Shown here piece after piece: positions 53,392 through 64,000 of a DNA stretch of 64,000 nt. A program made the translations under genes and the position numbers. The stretch comes from Selaginella moellendorffii (lineage: Eukaryota > Plantae > Lycopodiophyta), in contig NW_003314268.1 of assembly GCF_000143415.4 (NCBI RefSeq), forward strand, positions 2,620,494 through 2,684,493, read 5' to 3'. The notes under the pieces were generated by a model. That model was not told where the DNA came from. It did not search any database and saw only the letters and a program-made list of their open reading frames with translations. Numbering within the stretch: position 1 is the stretch's first letter; each line of letters starts with the position of its first letter.

Positions 53392-53589
53392 ATGGAGAAC
53401 AAGGCTTTCTTCGTGTTGTTTTTGGCACTCGCCATATTTGTGATGATGCTGGCCATGGGCGTGGACGTGGGAGGACTCGCAAAGGCTGCTGCCCAGCGCT
53501 GCCAGTCAGGATGGTATTGGTATGACAACAGTTGCCACCGTTGCCAGAAGGGTATGAGCTGGCGCAACAATCGCTGCTCGCGCAACTGA
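53392..53589 (+). CDS. Secreted Cys/Trp-rich peptide, copy 5
   Basis: 65 aa, ending DNSCHRCQKGMSWRNNRCSRN. TATA at ~53311. Confidence 0.8.
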   Translation: MENKAFFVLFLALAIFVMMLAMGVDVGGLAKAAAQRCQSGWYWYDNSCHRCQKGMSWRNNRCSRN

Positions 53590-53990
53590 AACCTCTCGTT
53601 TCACGGGGTAAGCCCAAGTTAAGAATCAGCATCATAATTGCCTTTGATTTTATCATCCTGCAGTGGGTCTGGAAACAAGAATAAAGACAATGATAACGTG
53701 TTTTCTGTATCGTGCAATGTTGCATAGTATTGCATGAGTTCCAGCAATAAAATATAAATTGTCCAAGCCTTGATATAAAATGTCTGAATCTGTCCTTGGT
53801 CCTTCTCCTCTCTTCTCCAAATCCCACGACTTCCAATCAATTCCTCCAATGATCGGCAAGCAATAAGACTCGATTGGAGCATCAAAACCAGGCCCAGGCA
53901 CACCTAGCAGTGGGAATGGAGGTCGGCAGCATCACCAAGGCGATGGCTCAGCGCATGGTACTGGAATGGATTTCGCTGCGTGCAATGCAA

Positions 53991-55590
53991 TAATGAAATT
54001 TGTGACCTATAGTTTATCCTTTACTTTTACTATTTAGTGATAAAGGTTGGCATGAAAAAATCTACCATAATAAGTTGTACGTACTACTTCAGTATTATAT
54101 ATATTAATTATCTCAATGAGATAACATTAACAATGTTTTCCTTTATGATCAATTACTACATATTGGGAAGTTCATTCAATAATTTATAGTTGATGTTTAT
54201 GCAAAGGTTGAGTCTAACAATTTTTATTTCTTTCACACTCATAAAAAACACTTAAAAATGGATTACTATATGAGTCTTATGGATTATGTTAGCAATAGAG
54301 CTGCTACTAATAATGTTGAGTCTGGAAAAATTATAATTTTGCCTTTTACATTTCTTAATATCCCACGAGCAATGCAACAACATTATCAAGATGCTATTGC
54401 TATTGTCACACATTCTTGAACTTATTCATTACATTTATATACAACCTTAAAATTGTGTAAAATTTATAGCCAAATGAATCATCTAAGGATTAACCAAATC
54501 TTATTTCAAGAGTTTTCCAACTTAATTCTTATATAACATAAGTATCAAATGAATTTTTAGAAAATGCATTACATATGTTTATGTTATTAAATTCTAGAAA
54601 GAGGTCAGCCTCATTGTCATTTTTTAGCAATATTCGTCTGGGTTATTGTTTAACTATTTCTAAAGCCAAAGGCCAAACTTTTGACCATGTTGGCCCTTAT
54701 CTCCCCCAAACTATTTTCACACATAGTCAACTTTATGTTGCTCTCTCAATATGTAGATTATATGAACAACTTTGTGTTCAAGTGCTCGTAAGCCCCTTTC
54801 AATGCAATCTTATACCACATGATCAACACTTTCACACTCTAAATACAATTTATGGTGAGATTCTTATAATTACATGGCATAATTCCAAATCCAATTATAA
54901 TTCTACAAAGCTATCTACTCAACCACCCTTGACCTGCAATTGCAAGTTTCAAATCCATGGCACAGGAAAGTTAGCATTGACTGGTGTGCATTGAGTGGTG
55001 TGCCATTTTAGTTATGGTAACGTGCTATCAAGGTCCTATTGCTTCTTGGGTGCAACTATCATTGCAGTGTAATGGTTTCCAGCTCATCCTAGGAGGATTC
55101 TCCTGCTCTGTGGGTGGGCTGTGGAGCAAGTGGCAACAATTAAGCCAAAGATGGACTTAGAAGCATTCTTTTGCCTTTTTATGTTTAGAATTGAGGAATG
55201 CAACTCAACATTGATCTGATTTGGCTTATGAAATCTGGATTTGAGAAGTTTAGACAACAATCAAGTACACTAAGTCCATTACTGTTTTATGATTACAACT
55301 AACTTGTGGGGCATGATGCAGGGGCTGAGCAATAACCACAGCCACCACAATTTAGTTTTTCTGAAATGTCTAGCACTTTAACACACACTAAGTTATCATT
55401 AAGACATTTTTGGTCAAGAGAATGCCTTTCAATTGTGGAGTTGATCAAGTAGCAAACATATCTAAACTCAGTAAACCTCTTGAAATAGCATGAAATCTGC
55501 CAACCACCCAGCATTTGCTGGGCAATTGCTAGTAATATAATATATATTTTTGTCAATGAAAGTTGTGGACACTCTGCCATCTTAGTCTCG
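53991..55590 (+). mobile_element. Internally deleted Helitron remnant
   Basis: Rep motifs FIVDVYAKVES, GKIIILPFTF..PRAMQQHYQDAIAIV and KF*KRGQPHCH (HUH), joined to PIF1 motifs IRLGYCLTISKAKGQTF..HSQLYVALS. Ends approximate. Confidence 0.8.
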
Positions 55591-56080
55591 ACATGGAACT
55601 TGGAAAAGCAACCAGATGGAAATATGACACAGTAGTGGAGACAAGTTTTTCAACGAATCTGATCTCTTTCCCAAGACAAAGTCTAACATATATAAAACAT
55701 GATTGAAAATGAAATTAAACACACACTTCTCTTCTAAAGATCGTCAAGATCCAACTATTTATTTGAATTTTGTTCTTTTCAGTGGCAGTGAAATCTTTAG
55801 CAGTGGCGCATGGTGATGCATGAGTTCATATATTATATAAACTGTGAAAAAACTAAAATGCTGTCTTTACTCATCTGGATTCACAGCTTCATTTCGCTCT
55901 GTCCCAGCATTATAGAAAAGAAAAGGAAACGACTTCCTCGACTACCTTTCAAAGGACAAAGTGATGCCGTCCCAAGAGGCGCCACTCTAGCATTGTATGC
56001 TGCCTAGATTACGTCAGGAGCTATAAATACGAGAAATCACTTCTGTCGAATATACTAGAGTTCGTTGAACTCTTCGTTTC

Positions 56081-56230
56081 ATGGAGAACAAGGCTTGCCT
56101 GGTGTTGTTTTCGGTTCTCGCCATGTTGCTGATGCTGCCATGGGAGTGGACGTGAGAGGAATCGCAAAGGCTGCTGCCCAACGCTGCCAGTCCGATAGTT
56201 GCCACCGATGCCCTCGGCGCTGGTTACAAC
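56081..56230 (+). pseudogene. Peptide paralogue B, best-preserved copy
   Basis: MENKACLVLFSVLAMLLML, frameshift, then MGVDVRGIAKAAAQRCQSDSCHRCPRRW. Other copies at ~13005-13112, ~29856-29957 and ~49610-49692. Confidence 0.8.
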
Positions 56231-56419
56231 GTGTTCTTTGAAAGTATGAAGTTAACGGATTATGGATAAAGTCGGTGAAATGTTTAGTCGAACCTCATGC
56301 ACAATGGAAACGCATTGACAAATCAAAGCTCTATCTTGTCAGTCTCCAGGAAAACACCGGTAAGATGATAGGAATCACTACCACGCAGACGTACCGATTC
56401 AAGCCTCTAGAACAGGCCG

Positions 56420-58090
56420 TGGACGATCTAGAGCAGCGCGCATCGTCGCTCAAGGACGACTACGTGCAATTCCTTACAGCTTGCATCGATTTGCGTCAAG
56501 GTGCCAGGCTCCACGCGCTCATCCTTGGGAGCAGCCACCACCAATCCAACAGGTACCTCGCAAATCTTCTCATCCAACTCTATGGAACGTGCGAGCGCGC
56601 GGATCGAGCATGGCAGGTGTTTATCAGCATCCACGAGCCCAACAGATTCTCCTGGAACTTTCTGCTTGGCGCTTATGCCCAAAGTGGGTATCTTGAGAAA
56701 GAAAAAGAGCTGTTTGATCAGATGCCACAAAGGGATATTGTTGCTTGGATGATTTTTATGACGGCTCGTGCAAACCGTGGAAACTTGGAGGAATGCCGAG
56801 CATTGTTTGATCAGGTTCCAGAATGGGATGTAGTTTTCTGGCGGGCATATGGATCAAGCAAGCCAGATCTTTGATGGAATGCTAGAACACAACAGAGTTT
56901 CTTGGGCTGTTATGGTTACTGGGTATGCAAAAAAAGGTCTTGTTAACGACGCGCTAATTTTGTTTATGAGAATCCCCGAAACCAACTGTTCATATGCCCA
57001 GCTTGAGCAAAATGAAAAAGCCAAGGAGCTTTTCAGTAAATGCCACACCGCGACTTAATCTCGTGGAACGCAATGCTATCGGCAACGTCCAGCCTGCAAG
57101 AAGCTGTTTGATGCCATGCCACAGAAGAACGTTGCATCGTGGTCGACAATGATCAAAGCACTGGCCGAGAGAAACCAGCTCGAAGAAGCTCGCATTCTCT
57201 TCGATCGACCTCCCTATCACGACGACGTGGTGTGGCCTGACATGATCTTGGCCTACTCCAACCACGGCCACCTTGAAGAAGCCATGAAAATGTTTGCACG
57301 GATGCCACAGTGCGATTTCGTCCCTTAGACGGCAATGGTGGCGGCAATTGCTTTGCACGGGAGCTTGATCGATACCAGAGTCTTGTTCGACCAAATGCCA
57401 CAGCACGATAGCGTCGTACATCCAGAGCAATTGCCCTCGTTCAAGCGCAGGAGCCGAGAGACACAGCGAGCTGGATTGCCGTGAGCGCTCAAAGGGGGAA
57501 TCTCTTGCAGGCCGGGAAGATCTTCTCCACGTTGCCTGATCAGAGCATTGTGTCGTGCGTACAGAATGGCCATGAGCGAAAAATCCGCTGAGTTTTGTGG
57601 CACCATGGAGCTTCCCACCGTGATTGCAAGTCAGGAGAATCGCCTGGAAACTTATCTCGTTTCTCGCCTCGCCCTCCATCGCCGTGTGGCCTAGTACAGC
57701 ATTTCTCCAAATGTGATTCACTTCCAGACGATGGCAGATGTGCTGGGACGAGCCGGGCTGGTTGCCGAGGCCGAAGGTTTGCTGCTGGTGATGCCCTTCC
57801 AGCCGCATTTCCTCGCATGCGGTTTTAGGTTTTAGCGCTTGCAAAGTTCATGGTAGCGGCAACAACATCGATGCTGCAGCTCGTGCCGCAGAGAAAATCT
57901 TGGAGATAGAACCAGGGGACTCGGCGCTGTACGTGCTCATGTCGAATCTGCAAAAGCAGGATTCCACAGAAAGCTTGCCTTCCAACGTTCATGCGTGGCC
58001 TTGCAACAGCTCGGTTTTTCAAGATCTGGGACAGCACAATGCACAAGAAGAGGAAAAAATAAGAAACATAAACATAAAATTTGACCATTA
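56420..58090 (+). pseudogene. PLS-E PPR pseudogene, copy 4 (least degraded N-terminus)
   Basis: DDYVQFLTACIDLRQGARLHALIL..NRYLANLLIQLYGTC, with later frameshifts. Confidence 0.88.
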
Positions 58091-58984
58091 GCTTGTGCAC
58101 AAGCGTAACTTTAAGAAGATTTAATTAGTAACAGAAAAGTAATTATAAAATAGTTTTAAATTTACCACTTTCATTGATGCTCTCCCATGCTGACCACTTT
58201 CTGGTCTTGAGGGTCTTGTTGCTGATCACTACTGCTGCATGATCAATCTGTTTGGGTGTGCTAGATTGCCCAAGAGATTGTCAAGAACGATGTGGCATTT
58301 ACCACTTTTCTTGGAGTCCGTGGTTGTCAATTTTTAACACTTGATAGTGCAAGATTGCCGAAGAGAATGACCGTGTATGTCCTGATCTGCAAATGTAAGC
58401 TCTGTTACCTCCAATGACCAGAATCTTCATTGAAGAGATCTGCAAAAGCTACAACAGACAAGGATGGCTCAAATATAGTCATACATGCCTACACCTGGAT
58501 GAGTGAGGTGGCACTACTGCCACCTAGGATCATGTCATAGAGAGCGTATATACTCGTATGCTCATTGTCCCACCCTTGAACACAGCCAAGAATGTCAAGA
58601 ACAAACCGGTTGTGATGTTGGTGTTGGTGGAATCGTCGCTGATGTACGTCCCTTTGGCTCTTCCCACAATCTGGGAGTCATGCGAGGGAGAACATCTTCA
58701 ATGACAAGCACCACTCCAAAATAACCATTCTGGGGGTCTGCGACCAAAACCACCATGGAATTTGATTTGAGTTGCATGAGAAAAACCAACTGAGCGCCAT
58801 AGGATTTCTGGTTAATCAATAATATAGTTTAGATTCTAAAAATTAAAAAAAATAGATTATATCGATTCCTAAACTTTTGCACCCCGATTAAAAGTGAGGA
58901 AGGCAACAGGACCTTCCTGTGACTTACTCAAGCCCATAGAAGGGACTGAAGAGAAAGCCAGATAAATGACGTATTTGTTTTTCA

Positions 58985-60673
58985 CTTGTTCTTATGTTTT
59001 GTCTCTTGCAGTGCCTGCAATCAAAGAGTAGCATCTAGACAAATTGGTTTCCAAGAAACGTACCTCGTCAAGTTCCCTGTCTCTCTCAGAGGTGGAAGAA
59101 TTCACCAGGATACAGAAAGGCTCGTACCTGGTCGGCGTTTTCACCTGTCAGAGGAGGGTGCCCCGGAGCAGATGGCTCCACCTCCAAATCACTCTTGACC
59201 CGCTTGGGATCATTGGCTGTCAACTTCCAGACGAGGTTCTCGTCGCTCATGATCTGGGGGCTGTTCTCCACATCGCGCTTCCTGATCGATTCAGCTTCGT
59301 CAGTCCATATTGTCAGCTCAAGTGCAGAGACTACTAACCTGTGGGAAAAAGGCCGGATGCGGGGCTCCATCATGATGAACTTCTGCATTTGTTTCTCCAT
59401 CTCAGCCCGCTTCTTTGCCAGTGCTGCGACATCTCCAGGATCGAACACGGTGCCAGAACGATCCGCCACCTTTCGTCCTTGTTCCCGTCCATGAAACTGC
59501 TCTGGAACCCCGTCGCGTCGAGATGATAGGCGCACTGGGAGCTCGTTTGCAGCCATTTTCTCGCCTGCTGGATGATGAGAGTAGCCACCAGTCGAGAAGA
59601 GTGGATCATCCTCCGGAGTGGCTGAGAACAGCCTTGGCTTGTCGTCAACTTCATGCGCAGGAAAGACGACGAGAGGATCCTCCATCATGACGTTTCCGCA
59701 CTGGATCAGCAGCACGAAAGAGTGGATCCACTGCGAGCTTGTTTCCGGACGCAGACTTGTGGCGAGCACCAGCGGGAAGAGCAGACGGTCGTAGTCGCCT
59801 TGGTGGCCTCGGGAGCTCGTGAATTCGGGGATCAGCAGCTGCCTTCTTCCTACCGGCATTCAACTGCGAAGATGGTCGAGGCAATACTTTGGTCAGGGGA
59901 ACATTAATGAGGTGCTCCTGGTGGCTGCTGCTGCTGCGGCTGTTGCCACTGCCAGGCTGATGGCCATACTCCACCAAGATGTCATCGTGCACCTTGTTCC
60001 TTCTCCGCTTCAAGAGTATTCAGACTCCAGTGACGACGGCTACCAGCGCGAGCAGGAGCATAACGATGCCTGCCGCGAGCACACCAGGTGATGCCACGAA
60101 TGCTGCTGCTGCTGAAGATGGTGCTGACGACGCAGTAGGCGGAGAGGTGCCCAAGCCAAGGGGCCTTGTTATGGTCGAAGGGCGGCGATGGCGGCCTTGG
60201 GTTCCACGTTATGCTCGAAGGTGGTGGCGATGGCGGCCCGGCCATCCTTGGTCGCCAGGTTACAGTGTCGGCCTTGTTGGGCGCTGAAGAAAAAGGTGGT
60301 GGCCCTGTAACATCTCCATCACCAGCTCGTCGATGTCCATGGTGTCTCTTTGTGGGCGGATGGCTCGGTGGTGGATGTCCAGCTCCATGATGTTCTGGAG
60401 AACTCGCTGGTGGATGTCCATCTCCATGATGCTCAGGACTCGCTGGTGGCATTGCCGGTGAGTGGTGTCCCTCTGTGGCACAGAAAGTATCCGGCTACCA
60501 TCGCTTGCACAGACGCCTCCTCCACATCCTGATCACTGACCAGTGGTGAATGACTGCTGGCACCGGTGGAGTGGTGGCGGAGATGAAGTTGTCGGCGCCC
60601 TCTTTGGCGATGGTTTGGGCGGCGGCGTCCTCCTCGCGTGCTCCCGGTGAGGCGGCGGGGGCGGTGGCGTCAT
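58985..60673 (-). pseudogene. Pro-rich membrane protein, copy 6, frameshifted
   Basis: Split among ORFs 59982..60452, 59651..60013 and 59086..59859. Confidence 0.85.
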
Positions 60674-60797
60674 AGTCAGAGATCAAGCTTACCAGAGAAA
60701 GTCGCAGTATTTCAGCTCAAGCTCGCTTCCTTTTTTAGGGCATTTAAGTTTCTACGAAAGGCTAGGTTAGCCGGCGGGATTAGGGCATTAGGGGGCG

Positions 60798-62039
60798 ATG
60801 GGGTACAAGAACAAGGAGAAGCAGAAGAGACCGCAGCCGCCGGCACCTCCGACGCGTCCACCGGTTAGCCCTGTGTCTCTGACCATCCTCTACTACGAGC
60901 TTCGCAAGGACTGGCCGGTGCCCCCGAGTCGAAGATGGACGATCTATGCAACGACAATGGTTTCGTGGCTGACGTGGACGCGTGGCTCAACACCCTAGGT
61001 CTCTCGGAAGAGGTTGGCGTGGAGCGAAACCTTCATCCTCATGGTAAGGGAGGCTGGGCCGTGCGTTAAGTTCATAGAACAGGGCTGCTTTGTTGCGTAC
61101 TGCCCTAATGCCAATAGCAAAGATCACACTGGATTGCTGTACCGGCAGGCGCTGCGTTTCCAGAACTATGCGAAGGCCATGTTGCTCGCGGAAGAGGCAG
61201 CGCAGGCAGTGCAAGAAAGGCAAGATGAAGGGGGAGGCAGCGGTAGAGGTGGCGGCACAGGCAGCGCAGGTGGAGGAGGAGAAGAAAGGGAAGATGAAGG
61301 AGGCAGCGGTAGAGATGGCAGCTGAGTCTAGTGGTAGCAAGTTTGTGACAACACTCGTATTCCAAAGCAGCAATCTTCACGTCCAAAGCAGCAATCTTCA
61401 CATTCAAAGCAGTGATCTAACTTGGTGCAGCGGGAGCAGATTGCTGCTTCGGATGTGAAGATCGCTGCTTGGGAAGACGAGAAGTCGGTGCAGCGGGAGC
61501 AGATCACTGCTTTGATAGAGGAGAACTTGGAGCAGCGGCAGCAGATCGCTGACTTGAAAGATCAGATCACTTCACTAAACCGGGAGAAGGCTTCGATGCG
61601 GTCGACCTTGAGTTCGCTCAAAGCCCTGTTCAAGAGGAAGCTACTGGAGTCATTCAGAGTGAAAGTCGCGCGCATGTTCCCAGAAGCAGTCTGGAACGGG
61701 AGCGTCCCTGAGATTCGATGGTGGCGTACCTTCATCCAAGACCCCAGGAGCATTGCAGCTCTCTCTTCGGCATCGGGAATCGCTTTTGACATGCCCGACG
61801 CTTGCACTGACGAGCTACGACCACGGCTCAGCTCAATCCAGCAAGCGGGAGGAGTGGCTGCACATGTCATCACCGAAGAACCCGAGGTCTATGCCACTCT
61901 GGTCTGTCAGTACGCTGGCGCTTCGCTGGAGAGGATGAAGAAGATCTATCGGCTGGTCTTCGGGCGTGACGCTGCCCAGGATGCCTTTGGGGACGTGGGG
62001 TGCTGCAAGTGTCCAGTCCATTGTCCGGAGGTGGAGTAA
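60798..62039 (+). pseudogene. Unknown coiled-coil protein gene, frameshifted, inserted in the module
   Basis: Overlapping ORFs 60798, 61014, 61090 and 61422, with heptad-like EQITALIEENLEQRQQIADLKDQITSL. Confidence 0.5.
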
Positions 62040-62515
62040 GTATATCTTCCTCTGCAAAAGTTCTATTGGTTGTTTCTCTTATGCAGGGCGTAAAAACGGG
62101 GCAGTCTCCTTCCAGAAGACAAGCCAAGGATTTTGTTTGCCTCTTTTATTTTGTTTCTTGTCTTTTCTTTTGTTTTCGCATACAACGTCTCAAGCTCAAA
62201 GGCTCCTTCCAGAAGATAAAGAACGAGTAGATAGAAGCAATATTACATACCCGACCTGTATTTGGCTTTTATCCAAAATAGTAAATGCGGCTTCCATAAG
62301 TATGGGGTATTTGCAAAGCTCTGGGATGCTTTTACAAGTTTTGTTAACCAAATACAGGTTATTTGCTGCATTGTATGGATGCTGGTTCCAGTCGCATTGT
62401 CTCCGAGTCTTGGCGATTTTGTGGAACTTAATGATCCTCATTTGAAGGGCTGGAGAGATTTTATGAGCATTATAGAAAAAGAAGAAAATTTCAAACGCGG
62501 AACCAAAATATCATA

Positions 62516-63345
62516 TTGGCCAACTCCAACCACGGCCACCTCGAAGAAGCCATGAAGATGTTTGCATGGATGCCACAGAGCGATCTCGTCGCTTAGACGG
62601 CAATGGTGGCGGCAATTGCTTTGCACGGGATCTTGAGTCTTGTTGGACCAAATGCCACAGCACGATAGCGTCGCGTGAAACACGCTTAGATCCAGAGCAA
62701 TTGCCCTCGTCCAAGCGCGGGAGCTGAGAGACACAGCGAGCTGGATTGCCGCTCAAAGGGGGAATCTCTTGCAGGCCGGGAAGATCTTATCCACGTTGCC
62801 TGATCAGAGCATTGTGTCGTGGAACGCGATGATCCCTGGTTGCGCACAGAATGGCCATGAGCGAAAAGCCGCTGAGTTTTTTGGCAGCATGGAGCTTCCC
62901 ACCGTGATTACAAGTCAGGAGAATCGCCTGGAAACTTATCTCGTTTCTCGCCTCGCCCTCCATCGCCGTGTGGCACTCGACTACTTTCGATATGGTGGCC
63001 TAGTACAGCATTTCTCCAAAAGTGAGTCACTTCCAGGCGATGGCAGATGTGCTGGGACGAGCCGGGCTGGTTGCCGAGGCCGAAGGTCTGCTGCTGGTGA
63101 TGCCCTTCCAGCCGCATTTCCTCGCGTGGAAGAGCTTGATCAGCGCTTGCAAAGTTCATGGTAGCGGCAAGAACATCGATGCGGCAGCTCGTGCCGCAGA
63201 GAAACTCTTGGAGATGGAATTGGCGCTCTACGTGCTCATGTCGAATCCGCAAAAGCAGGATTCAAGGTTGCCTTCCAACGTTCAAGTGCGGCCTTCTAGG
63301 TTTTTCAAGATTTGCACGCTGCACCCTAGGAAGAAAAAAACATAA
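62516..63345 (+). pseudogene. PLS-E PPR pseudogene, 3' part, copy 5
   Basis: HFQAMADVLGRAGLVAEAEGLLLVMPFQPHFLAWKSLISACKVHG..YVLMSN. Confidence 0.85.
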
Positions 63346-64000
63346 ACACAAAATTTGAAATTCGTTCATTAGCTTGTGGGAAGAATTGCGATTACTGCAA
63401 TTTCGGTTAACTTTCTAGCATCTAAAAATGTAACATAATACAAACAGAAAAATAATTATTAATTAATTAATTTTAAATGGATAAATGAAGCATAAACCAT
63501 TTTCTGATCCCATTGCTGATCACTACTGATGCATGAATCTATTTGGGCATGTTAGATTACTCAATAGATTGTCAAAAGCCTACCAATGTAGCATTTATTT
63601 ATATGCTTTAGAGTTCTTATCTTCCATAAATCAAACTTTCAAATAGTTTAATTATGTGCAGATTATTTACCACAGAAAGTATTGTGATAATAATAAGATT
63701 CCCTATTATGGTCAACTTGATCTGACTAAAGAAAAATCACTATTTAATTAAAAAAATTTGGTAGATATTCAAAATTAGGTGATTCATATGATTTAATGGG
63801 ATTTTATATCAAAATAAAGTTATAATAAATATATACAAATTGTGGAAAAAAACAAATCAATTGATAAACTTCTTTATTAAAATAGTTTTTTGGCTATGCA
63901 GAATATCAACAATTTGCATAAAAAGTATTTTTTGTCAACTTATTGACTATACAAGAATGATGCATAAAGTGTATGTATATAGAAAAACACAAATCACATG

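Overview
Eukaryotic plant nuclear DNA, most likely the lycophyte Selaginella. This is an inference from 50-70 bp introns, Selaginella-style PLS PPR repeats, dirigent copies and a Tcn1-like chromovirus. A compact single-copy core at ~18.7-26.2 kb holds a serine carboxypeptidase-like gene, mitochondrial HSP60, a small membrane protein, 40S ribosomal protein SA and a dirigent remnant. Around it are about six direct and inverted copies of one gene module: PPR pseudogene, dead peptide paralogue, small secreted Cys/Trp-rich peptide gene, divergent Pro-rich single-pass membrane protein gene, dirigent remnant. The head-to-head peptide and kinase-less PERK-like membrane protein pair is the most novel-looking system. 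The 32.6-48.8 kb retroelement island contains a full-length chromovirus with TSD TAAGC and an apparent Tf1-type self-priming site. It also contains 5S rRNA-bearing Cassandra-like TRIMs, one in a three-level nest with three intact 5-bp TSDs. Other features are a ~7 kb palindrome interrupted by a Helitron remnant, several micro-inversions and one 100-N gap. All alignments were done by eye.
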